The notes under the pieces were generated by a model. It was not told the DNA's origin, did no database searches, and was given only the letters and a program-made list of their open reading frames with translations. This document shows positions 1 through 11,160 of a stretch of DNA of 64,000 nucleotides, piece by piece. The first letter of the stretch is position 1; each line of letters starts with the position of its first letter. Source of the DNA: Sporopachydermia quercuum (Eukaryota); the NCBI GenBank assembly GCA_001599295.1, contig BCGN01000003.1:496001-560000 (forward strand), in the 5' to 3' direction. The position numbers were made by a program, and so were the translations under genes.

Positions 1-473
1 GCAATATCAGTGCATGATACTGCANAAAAACCTTATTTGAGCNTTGCATCTGTTGTATGAACATTTATCTATCAATCCATCATCCCAGACTTTCCACCCT
101 CTAAACAAGTTTCGTCATTTTAATATTGTTATCTTACTACAGAAAAACCACATGACAGACTGAATTTTTAAGTCATTTAACAAACTATTACACTGGTAAT
201 NTCACTATCATCATGATAATACAATACCATGTAACATNGACCACCTAACCTAACACGGAACTGATGTCAGGTAACCATCTCCGATTGGGTTTGGTCATAA
301 TCTTCTTTTCTACTAATCAATTATCTTCTCTTAACTCAATAGGATTAATACAAATTATTCCCAATTATTCCTCATAAATATACCTTTACATCTACATATT
401 TAATGAATCTAATACTTTACATTCCATAAAACAATTTACAACTAAATTCTTACGCATATAAATTTCTTTCAGT

Positions 474-1046
474 ATGGCCCGACATGCTTCTAAAAAGCAA
501 GCTCAAGTGAACGAATCCGCCCTGAAGTTTCTGCATATAACATCAGGAATCATCTATTCCATTTACTATCTTTCTTACATGCTGCTATCGCGACCTGCAT
601 CATGGAAACCTTTTATTCTTATTTTACCAGCACTTGGATTACAATATTTTCTTGAAAAGTCAGGAAGACCAAAATATGAAATTCATTCAAGAAAGACTTC
701 AACTGGTCCTCAAGAGTACTCAGTATTGAAATCATCTGGATCGATTGATTTAGCACAACAAGGAGGTCTTCTTGATATGATGCTCGATGTGATTTATTAC
801 ACTTGGATATTGTGTGTGCTATCAGTTATTACTGGTTTAACTAAAATATGGTGGCTTTACATCCTGGCGCCAATTTTTGCTTTATATAAAGCATTCACTG
901 TATCTAAAGCNGGACTTCAAAGCTTACTAGGAGGTGGATCACCATCAAGTGTCGATGATGAATCAGAAGATCAGTCAGAAGCTACGTCAAAACGTCAAGA
1001 AAAATTGCAAAAGCGGCAAAATCAGCAGAAAGTACGATATCGTTAA
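474..1046 (+). CDS. SND2: SRP-independent ER targeting protein (Snd2/TMEM208, DUF788 family)
   Basis: 190 aa ORF. Basic N-terminus (MARHASKKQA..N), hydrophobic segments, DL..G....DVIYYTW, WWLY..P.FA.YK, and a C-terminal SKRQEKLQKR tail typical of this family. Confidence 0.8.
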   Translation: MARHASKKQAQVNESALKFLHITSGIIYSIYYLSYMLLSRPASWKPFILILPALGLQYFLEKSGRPKYEIHSRKTSTGPQEYSVLKSSGSIDLAQQGGLLDMMLDVIYYTWILCVLSVITGLTKIWWLYILAPIFALYKAFTVSKXGLQSLLGGGSPSSVDDESEDQSEATSKRQEKLQKRQNQQKVRYR

Positions 1047-1332
1047 ACATGAAAGAAAGGCTTGTTTAGTTAATAAATTAGAATACTATAANCTTATAAT
1101 TATTTAGAAGTAACATAGATTTCATTGGCTAACTCGAGTCAACACCACAAGCACAAGCACTTCCCATCCTCAAATGCATCAATAATTACACCACCTGCCA
1201 GCAAGCAATGCCGTATTAATAATAGGTATCCCACGCTCGATCAATAGGAATTATACAGCTTCACTATGAATGAATACCAATTCCTAAATCTTTCCTTCCT
1301 CCCTTTACTTTTCATATTCCCTTATACAATTT

Positions 1333-4113
1333 CTAATCTTGTTTGGGTTTCTGAGTAGCTTTCCTCATAAATGCTAAAAACCTATCACCGTATTCAGATG
1401 GTGGCACCGCAGATATTGAGTCACGAGAGTGAGACAAAGTACGCCAAAAAGTTTCAAGCTTTTTGACAAATGAATACGGCGTCAAACAGTCAATCACCCC
1501 TAGATAATATATCTGAGGTAATGGATCATCGTTACTATCAGTAGCTCGAAATCCACCATCGTCAGCATAGAAAACAAAGTTAGACCTACCAGGGAAATCT
1601 TCATCAGGTAAATCATTTTCTAAACTCTTAGGCACAACAGAGCTGATTTGATCTCTCAACGCACTCACCTGCTTAATATCATTATAATCAGATAATGAGA
1701 ATGTCTTACGTCGTGCTACTGGTTTATCATCCATTTTCTGTTTCTGTTGCAGTTTGGACTGAACCTGCTGAACTTGATTATCTGTTGAGTGTTCACCTTC
1801 TTGGTCTTCGTGTTTATTCATATCGCCATCAGGTTGAAAAATTCTTAATGTCATATCTCTAATTTTATCCTTATTACCTCTTTCTACATCATGCACACCT
1901 AAGAGCAAACTGTAGTCCATAATGTTCAACTTCTTCAGCAAAGTAACATCTTTAGTCAACTGTTCTAAAAACTGATGGCTCTTTGAAGGTCCCAGTTGTA
2001 TTACCTGCATATCTTCTAGCCAGTTGAGATCTTTTCTAATAATTGACTTCTTTCCAGCTTGTTTCGCCTTTTCCACGTCAGTGTATCTTCCCCATAAGGA
2101 GCCTTTCAAATCATACGTCACATGAATGTCACGATGTGGAGGAAACAAGTTATTCATTACAATAAAATGAATCTTTCTTCCAAAGGGCAACTTTACACGA
2201 TGCAATCCATAAAACTGTGAAATCAACGTATTTGGGTTCTCCTTTACATGATGATAGTATTCTTTGAGAATTTTCCTTAGTAATTTATGCTCAGACCTGT
2301 GAATAGTCTTGATGATAAATCGATAATCACGAGAAAAGTAAAAGAAACTACCACTCTTACCAGGAGACCCTAACTCACTAACAATATATTTAGAAGTCAA
2401 AGAGACTAGATAATCACTAGGATCAAGTTTGAACAATTCTCTAAGATGTCTAAATACCCAGGGTGAATAGTCTTTGAATTTAAAATCATATTTCGCTGAG
2501 GGGGTTAACTCTTTGCCTGTAACATCAAATGCAAACTTATTACTAGCTTTGAAATCAGCATCAACCAAAGAACGATCTGGCTTTCCTGTACATCTCGAGA
2601 CGGAAAATCGTATACCGGTAAGCATATCATATGCCATGACATAGTTCTCATGACCTTCTAACACTCTATTGCCAACTAGCACTTTTTCATCTTCAAGGAA
2701 TTCTTTTCTTTTTCGTTTCATTTCTCGTTTGGCAATAATTGATTCTTTTATATGCTCTCTCATTCTCTCAATCTCTGCTGCTGCCGGAGTCACCTCCGTA
2801 TTGATACTAGTCTTAGGATGGGATACACTGTCTAATGTATATGACCTTCCATAAAGTATCTGTGACGTTTTTGATGTATTTGAAGTATTAGAATTGCTTG
2901 TTGCGTTTGTTGGTAATGGAATTGCTGATAGCAATACATCACTATGCTTTAAGGGTATTGGTTTATTATTGGAAATAATTGTGTTATTAATGGTTTTATT
3001 AAGATCATTAGCTGTATTATTTGTTATTGCTATTGTAGGTATTGTAAGGTTGGAACCATCATTGTAGCCATTTTTCTGAATGCTCAGTTCAGCCGATACA
3101 TCATCATTCTCACCTGTTGTTGAAAGTTTGGTTGATTCTGGTGTATTTTTCAATTTTGAGGCATTTAAAGTTGCTTTTCTCTCACTTTCAGCCAAAATTT
3201 CTTCATTAATCATCTTTGTCGTCTGAGGATCCGAAACTTTAGACCGTTCTAATTTACTATCAATTAGATGCTCATCATGCAAAAGATCTGTTTTCTTAGG
3301 TTTTGTTCCATTGGAAGATCCAGTAGCATCAATGATTAAACTTACAGATGAGTTGATTGTATTACTACTATTCCCATACTCTGGTAGAAAGGCAGTTGGA
3401 TTATCATTTTGATAAGATTGACCTCCAGGATGTTCTTCATTATGACCCCTAGTTGATATACTCAAGATTTCTGATTGAGAAGTGTCTGTTCGTGATCTTT
3501 CAAGGGACGATAGAGGTGAATCAGCTGAAATAATGGGAGTCAAAATATTGTCATTCGAATTTTCTGATAAATCTTTATCATTTGATATTGACTTGTCAAG
3601 CGACGGATGAGCTTCCGAAACAGATGATGAAGAATGAATAGTTGAAGATGCTATGAACGAAGTGGGAGGATTGAGCTTGTTGGTCAAATATACCTCCAGC
3701 TCGTTAGAACCAGGATCGATTGTGGTTATGTTTACAGGTACATCGGTGTGACTACCATTGGAAAAAGTCATTATATCATTATCATCATTAGCTTTGGTGG
3801 ATGATCTTTGATCAATATCTTCATTAGCATCCTGATAAACTTCTAAAGTATCTGTTGAATCACCTAACATGACAGTAACACCACCCCCTTCAATTGATTG
3901 ATTCTTTAGTTTGGTTAACACATTCCTTTCCACTGCCTCATTGTTAATACGTTTAAAGTTCTGACTTAATGCATGAGGATGATTATTGGAAATGCTACTG
4001 CTATCATGATACAGATTTTGACTTTTTTGATTTGCTCTCTGAGATTGTCTTTCCGAGGAATCAGGTAAACCTAAGACATTTCCAGCCTGTGTGGAAGCAG
4101 TTATAGTGGACAT
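1333..4113 (-). CDS. MSS4: Phosphatidylinositol-4-phosphate 5-kinase
   Basis: Long low-complexity N-terminus, then a PIP5K domain: YDFKFKDYSPWVF, ELGSPGKSGSFFYFSRDYRFIIKT, YDLKGS, IMDYSLLLG, YYLGVIDCL, ISAVPP.EYGDRF. Confidence 0.96.
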   Translation of the reverse strand: MSTITASTQAGNVLGLPDSSERQSQRANQKSQNLYHDSSSISNNHPHALSQNFKRINNEAVERNVLTKLKNQSIEGGGVTVMLGDSTDTLEVYQDANEDIDQRSSTKANDDNDIMTFSNGSHTDVPVNITTIDPGSNELEVYLTNKLNPPTSFIASSTIHSSSSVSEAHPSLDKSISNDKDLSENSNDNILTPIISADSPLSSLERSRTDTSQSEILSISTRGHNEEHPGGQSYQNDNPTAFLPEYGNSSNTINSSVSLIIDATGSSNGTKPKKTDLLHDEHLIDSKLERSKVSDPQTTKMINEEILAESERKATLNASKLKNTPESTKLSTTGENDDVSAELSIQKNGYNDGSNLTIPTIAITNNTANDLNKTINNTIISNNKPIPLKHSDVLLSAIPLPTNATSNSNTSNTSKTSQILYGRSYTLDSVSHPKTSINTEVTPAAAEIERMREHIKESIIAKREMKRKRKEFLEDEKVLVGNRVLEGHENYVMAYDMLTGIRFSVSRCTGKPDRSLVDADFKASNKFAFDVTGKELTPSAKYDFKFKDYSPWVFRHLRELFKLDPSDYLVSLTSKYIVSELGSPGKSGSFFYFSRDYRFIIKTIHRSEHKLLRKILKEYYHHVKENPNTLISQFYGLHRVKLPFGRKIHFIVMNNLFPPHRDIHVTYDLKGSLWGRYTDVEKAKQAGKKSIIRKDLNWLEDMQVIQLGPSKSHQFLEQLTKDVTLLKKLNIMDYSLLLGVHDVERGNKDKIRDMTLRIFQPDGDMNKHEDQEGEHSTDNQVQQVQSKLQQKQKMDDKPVARRKTFSLSDYNDIKQVSALRDQISSVVPKSLENDLPDEDFPGRSNFVFYADDGGFRATDSNDDPLPQIYYLGVIDCLTPYSFVKKLETFWRTLSHSRDSISAVPPSEYGDRFLAFMRKATQKPKQD

Positions 4114-4899
4114 CTGAGTCTTAATAAAAACTGAATGTGAATATAGTTAACTGAAGCATCCACAGGTTGTGTTTTAAACTTGAGAAGAGAGCAAATATAA
4201 TGTAACAATGAGCTATCACTCCTTCACTCCTCACCATCAAAATAAGGATCACAATAGCGCCTCAAATCGATGCAGGTTAAAACAAACTATTCGCTATCAA
4301 CTATTCAATCAAAACGAAGCAAAAATAACGGAATCAATCAAATGTATCAGAAAAAGCAAGAAATCACAGCTTTTTCACTACCTATCTGTGCAAATGACAT
4401 AAAGGTAAACAACTACTATGTATGCTCAGCCCTGGTGATTATATTTACTCCCAGCTTCCTGTAATGCAAAGCAATACCTTAAATATGACAGCAAAATATA
4501 TTTCGATAACTATCTATAGTTCAGCTTTCAATATGTAGCTTCTTGAAGCTTCATTTGCACCTTTTACCAATAACAAAAAGATAGTATAAAAAGTAAGCAT
4601 TATTCAATTTGGTCACTTTATCGAATCTTCGAAATGACAATAAATTCTATGTGTTAAAATATGAATAATCCTTGCACCCGCAATCACAGTATCGACTGAT
4701 GAAATATGATTCAAGATAATAGAGTGCTATGATGCATGGGTATGCATGAGTCTGCGTGTTGGAGCTGAAAATACCATTAAGATCACTCATAATACCTGAT
4801 TCAAACAAGAAAGAAGAAATACTAAAAGATGAGATTATATTTAANAAAATATATGTTAGAATAAAGAATTTTATTAGAAGCATTATTATGATTAAAGGT

Positions 4900-5990
4900 C
4901 TATCTAGGTTATTTATTTGGACTTTTCTGATGAACAATTAACCTTATATTTCCCGGAAGTAAAGGCGCTTCTATGGAATTTACGGATTCCGTGATGAGAA
5001 TTTGAAATCACATAGGGGCTGTTCCTACAGACTTTCGTGATTCATACAATAGCCATCGAGATGTTAGGATTGAATCAATTATCGTTAGAATATGATTGAA
5101 ACATAACAGAGTCAAATTTGAAATCTGATGAATATTGAAATTTTTGGGATCATAAGAAACGGTTAGTTTTTGGTATATTTGCTCAATCAGTTTTCCAAAA
5201 GCAACTGAACTTCCACTTGTACTTATTTATAAGTTTACCAATGAATCTATTGAACGCTAATAGATTGATACAGAGAACGTTCCACGAAATCTGGTAGGAT
5301 CGGTTGAGCAGCATATGAGTGTACTACGACTTGGTAGTGGAAAGGAAGTAAACAATAACTACTGTAATTTCTATATCGTGTTTTCAGTACATCTATAAAT
5401 CTACCAGACTAGAAATAATTCCTTATCTAAAAGGCAGTCAAATCCTTTGACATCAAACTGATAGAGCAATGTAACTGATAGATGACGTCATCAATAAAAC
5501 CCTTTGAAGATATTCATTGTAAGGAAATGACAAACTTTAGCCATAGGCTGAGTTGAGTAGAACGGCTGGTACGACTAGTATGACTAGTGCCAATCAGAGA
5601 ATGTCAGTGGAGAAAAGAAAATCAGAATANCATTCAGTATTGGGATGTCATCTTGATTCATAAAAACTGCTNAAGGAAAGGCTCAAAAATTGAAATTCAT
5701 TGTAGGATTNAATGACCGATATAGATAGAGGTATCTAGTTGCTGATTTCGAGTCTACTTCTCATGACAGTGTCTCACCAATTATTTATCACCCATAGAAG
5801 ATACGGTAATGGTATCGTAGAAAATATTCAAGATTCTTACATAAAACGATTAGCAATATGGTACCTGAAAATAGATAACAAAAATGGTATTTTGTAACTA
5901 TCCATTGGAACATTGCTATTGCCATCTCATCAAAAATGTAAACACCTCCATTGATAACAGCCTCTATCAACTTTTGATTTGACTCTTATT
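4900..5990 (+). mobile_element. Highly degenerate Ty3/gypsy-like pol relic (RNase H end plus integrase)
   Basis: Hand translation across stops and frameshifts gives collinear fragments: IFPGSK...TDSVMR (~4947), FHE (~5280), YC...YQ.RN, KPFEDIH (5497), VERLVRLV*LVPIRE (5557), GMSS*FI, YHP*..GNGIVE (5786-5822), NTSIDNSLYQLL (~5940). No LTRs identified. Confidence 0.5.
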
Positions 5991-8900
5991 CTCAATACTA
6001 TTCTTAATATTCTTAAAAGTTAATAAAATGGGTACGAACATTTGGTCTGCAAACTTCTCAAGTATCGTATCGTTTAGAAGCAGCATTTCAATTGATCATT
6101 ATACAACTACCGAGATATCTCTTTATTCCCTAACATATAAGAAGTTAACTAGAAACCGGGAGTACTAAGACCAACCATTACGACCGAGGATTGTTTTGCT
6201 CTAAAGAATGACCCCTCAATAAAAAGCCATCAAAACAGAAATACATCTGTAAGCTTCACATTGTATTTTCTTCTTCAAGTAAACAATTCTCAATTCATTG
6301 CCATTACAGTAATGCTCAACGTGGGTAGATCTTCTATTATAATCCGTCCTATAAACGATTATCACCCTGCAAGGAACGTGTTCATTTACAAGTGTTTTGA
6401 ATTGATTCTAAAGGAGAACACTGTTTAATTCTAGAACTCTTTGTCTCAACTGAATCAAAAATTGCCAGATACGTGATCCATAATTGAACTATGTTGAACA
6501 GCTTTGGAAAGTTTTCAAATCTATCTCTTGCTGACTTNACAAGAGTTAATGAGAAAGCATGCAAGAAAAACACCCCACCACATAAGTGATCAACGATATC
6601 AGAATGATATAATCGACTATTTATATAAAACTCCTATTTACTCTTTTAAGCGATTTGATAATTCATTTCATCAATATTGATTGTTCTACTTGATCGTTAT
6701 TAAACAAGATTTACAAGTAGCTTGTCATCTTACGTACAGTTACTACATTTTTTAGATCATCTGAAAACTGCCAAGGAACCATGTGTCATTTAGCGTCTCT
6801 AAACTCTGTTCAAGGTCTTAGGGATTCTTGGAAGGCGGTTGCTTTTCTGGATAAGTATGGCTGTAGTTAGAGTTTCTCTTAAGTAAAATGTGGAGCTTAA
6901 CTATAAGCAAATATACAGAAGGAGCTTGATTCGAAATGGTTACATAATCGAAGAAGTGTTAAAAGAGTATGATGAACAGTAAAACAGAAGTGTTAGATAA
7001 TGAATAAGATGTATAGATTAATGATGAATGTCTAGATAAAATAACTATTTACAGGTTACTACTATTAACATTGTTATTAATATAGGAAGCAATCCTAGTT
7101 GTTCAGCGAAACGTCCAGTCAGACAATGAATGTATCCTTATATCCTCTATCCTAGGTAGATAGAAAAAAAACTATTCAATGCGCCTTTTCATACCCAAAT
7201 TCCAGAATCTTTCCAATTGCTCCTCATTCTATCTTCTGGTAATCAACTGCCAATATAATAAATCAAACAACCAATCAAACAACCAATCAATCAACCAAAC
7301 GTTGATTCATTATCATTCATTAATTATGAAATACAACTGAACAACCGATTATCTATCCAAAGATCCAAATACCCAATAATGTGTTTTGATAATAGTATCA
7401 AGAGTGACAATGCCAAGATGCTATTTCACTTTCTTCAAAAAGATACTCTAGTCAGTCTTTTCTTTTTTCAATGATAACTAGAATATATATTCTATTTCAA
7501 ATCTCCTGCTGTGTTAAATATAAAATCAACATACCCTTCAGATGTTATTTCAAAACTTCATTCCAGTGTCATATATATACTATACATCGATTATATTTCT
7601 GGGTGATGACATTTTGTATTTACATTTTTTCCGGTTTCATTGGATTATACGAAATATTTCCACAAGAACTATAAGTTAACGTATACTACTAATAATATAT
7701 TACAGTTTTACGTACATGTTTTATGAATTGTCTCGTACTTTCCATCGTCGCCAACCTTACAGGCTTAAAATTTTCCTTGATAGGAAGGTCCTTTTGACAT
7801 ATCCAGGAAGATAGAGAAGGCATTAAAGTAAGGTAATTGAGAGTCGCTAAGCAATATGGCTAGAAGTAACAAAATAAGACGAAATAGTGAAGTTGATTCA
7901 ATGAATGAAGAACCTCAAACTTGTAACTATGAATGATTGTAAGACGTTAGNATGTTTAATTTGGGTGTTTTGCAGAATGAATTATTGAGCTAACATGATT
8001 AGGCTTACCAAAAAGAATTCACTAACCCGATGAGTACTAATGATAAGAAATTTTGGACGCGTTGATCAAAATCAATCATCAAGTTGAAAGTAGAATGTGA
8101 AGATATAGGAAGAGTCGAGACCCTAAAGTAAACTCAGGCTAGCATGAATTAGTTCAAGAATAATTATTTCTTCTAGTTTTATAATGAAAAAGAAGTCTTT
8201 CTGTACAGAAGGCAGATTCGCAAATGGGAAAATTTCATTAAGATAAGCAACAGAACAAGATCAAAAGACTCGCCTGTGGTTGTTGATTTCATATTTGAAT
8301 ACGGGATTGGATCAATTTTACTTACATTGAACCAAAAATAAGTCATTTCAAATCTTCGACTGAAGAATTTAATAGTTGTTTTAATCATCGAATAGTATAG
8401 TTGCTAGTACATACTAAATGGTCAGGGGTTTAATCTTTGAAATGCGATTTGGTCAAACGACCTCTTTCTGACCTCATTGATTTAACGGATTTAAACCAAA
8501 GCATACTCCGCTTTTTATTTTTATTTTTATTTTTTATTATCTATATCTGCAGAACATATCTTATAATAGTTAAGAGTTTCTATTGCACTCAACCACTTCT
8601 AGAGGAAAAAAAGAAATTTTTGAATTATCAAATAGATAATAATAATATAATGTCATAGTTCATTAATGGTGGCCGAAGTGAGCTAGATAAGGCCGAAAGA
8701 TAAGAGAATCAACAATAGTTTTACACATATTGATTTCATGTAAGGAATACACCTTTCCTTCCTTTTTTCCTTGCAGCAAAAAGACTGTAATTGTACATAA
8801 TTTATAGTATTGTACAAAGTTTATACTTATAGTTGATCAGTGAACGAATTATTTTTCTTTGGCGAAAAAGAAACCACCTTATCACCAATTCTCCGGAGTT

Positions 8901-9935
8901 TTTCTTTCTAATCTAAGTAAGTAAAATTATTGACTGAAGAAAAATCAAATAATTATAAGCGCAATCAGATCAGTGCAGTCAGTTATTCACAATGAAATAA
9001 TATAGATTTTTATTTTCCTCCTGTACTCACTATCTATGAAAACACCACGCAAGAAAGAAACTACATTAATTATAACAATTCCAGTATTCAGTATTATGAT
9101 TCATATCAAATATCTACCCTTCGTACTCGATCAATTTTTAGCATTTTTTTCAAGTGCACTTTTTGACAAACTTTCCTCCAAATTGACTTTGTATTAATGC
9201 AAGAGACGTCTTTTGTGCATAGTACAAGTTCTCTAACATTAGCTTCCACGCTAACAATGAATTATTTCCAATCTTGGACTTAGATGCTACTATCCAAATT
9301 AAAACTAGTGTGTCAATATGTTTTAAGAATGCAGCATTGGAACAGATTAGTTGAGATATATGTCTTTTTAATTGGGTCAAGCCATGTGTATTTCTAATTA
9401 TATTGACTTTTAAAATTTTCTCTTTCAGAAATCTGAGGTACTAGTTAATACTGGATGAATCAAGCATTTTTGTTACTGTCAGGAACGGCTTACGTACTAG
9501 TGATGTTCTATAAAAATTGACTTTTGAATGAGGCAAAGATAATGCTAATGACTGGAGTTGACACCAAAAATATTTATTGTTGGAGTTTTATGGAGTCAAT
9601 TGAAAAATTAAAAAGTTTTCACCGGATGCATCACATAGCGCACTAACAGGGTAGATGGATTCATAATTCATATGATAAATGATTGAATCTCTACAACGGA
9701 ACAACCAGAATTCGATCTTTCAGTCTCAACATTGAATCTTCTAACGCCGCTCTCATTTCAACTAAAACTCTCAACAAAAATTGTTTACCAGTAACTTATG
9801 TCTTCGATATATTTTGTTCTCAAATATGGCGTTAAAATTTCGGTAGAACATCAACATCTTAGTTGTATCTGTTTTCCTCGAAAGTAAATGAGTTATCGTC
9901 TCCGGAATTCTTGAGTACATAACTCTTCCAGGGCT

Positions 9936-10595
9936 CCAAGATCAAACCTTAATACACTTCAGTATATAATTTCTTAATTAATCTTTGATTACATAATATG
10001 ATATTCTTGGGCGTGAGGCTAATAAGAGATCGCCAAAACTATGAGATAGATGCTCAAGAAAGTATAAGAACTATGAAGAAATAGCAATATTTACCCAATA
10101 CTTCTCGGATTTTCCTATAATAATTAATAATAAATAAAACTTGGGACAGTTTATGAAATTTCAACGCTTTATCCAAATCAAATGCAATCATTGCACCTGT
10201 TTTCCTCACGGTTCAACGCCCTCTGCACTATCGCTCCCACCAAGAGGCTGTAATCTACTATTCTAAGTACCACTTGGGTTTTACCCAACCTTCACAATGA
10301 ACTTTCTTTTTATTTTTTTTTTTTTTACATACAAACATGATCAAGTCCCTTACCTTATTTTTGATCAATTATCACACCGCCCCCAAAAAGACCTACCAAG
10401 CAATAAACTGTATAACGATCTCAAGAATTTGATCCTCCTATCAACCACATGAAGAATTCTGTTAGTCTTTCAATTAAAAAGAACAGAGAAAAACAGAAGT
10501 AATGAATGGAAAAGGCAAAATAGAAGCTTCTTTCCTGTCATCTCCCATTCCACCCTCTCCCATTAAATTAGTATCTTCCGTACATTTTTACCAAG
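9936..10595. promoter_or_regulatory. Cluster of CCAAG (Rim101/PacC-like) and GAGGCT (Crz1 CDRE-like) motifs upstream of ENA
   Basis: CCAAG or CTTGG at 9936, 10006, 10140, 10240, 10273, 10396 and 10591. GAGGCT at 10015 and GAGGCTG at 10244. Confidence 0.55.
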
Positions 10596-11160
10596 ATTTT
10601 TTGAAACCTTGTTAACAAACTTTTCCTATGGTTTAACCTTATTTGGCTGAAGTTTCACTTTTATACATTAAACTCAAAACCTTCCTAGGTGCATCTTCCC
10701 ATCACCTTTTGCACACCTGAACAGACAAAAAACATAAAAGGAAGAGAATTCCCTCCCTTCTATAGTTGAGTAATGAGACGAAGACCAGAACAGAATCGAA
10801 ATTGATTTATTATTCATTCTTAATATAATAAAAAAGCACTTGCATATCTTTTTGTCTGTTGTAAATCATTATCAAATCGTTGTGTGCGACATCAAACTAT
10901 AACAATCTAAACTACAAAACCATAATAACCTATAAGTTGTTGTGTTACCTTTGCTTTCCCATTTATTGTGTAAACAGGAAAGGTCATTTAGTTTGTTATA
11001 TGCCATTTTGTTCATAAAGAATGCAAACAGATTGAACCTTTAATTTGAAAAGCTCAACGAAAAGAATATTAGCTTAACAGAAAGAAGAAAGTGAATAAAA
11101 CAAACCGTATCATAACCGATCGTTATTGAATCGCACCTTGCGTATTACTATTCTGCCGAT

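Noticed and set aside
4991..5128. GTGATGA...CTGA box C/D-like pair
   Set aside because: No recognisable guide or terminal stem, and it lies inside the probable retroelement relic.
7255..7300. Short AATCAAACAACC-type tandem repeat
   Set aside because: Only 2-3 imperfect copies with no spacers; ordinary low-complexity DNA, not telomeric or CRISPR-like.
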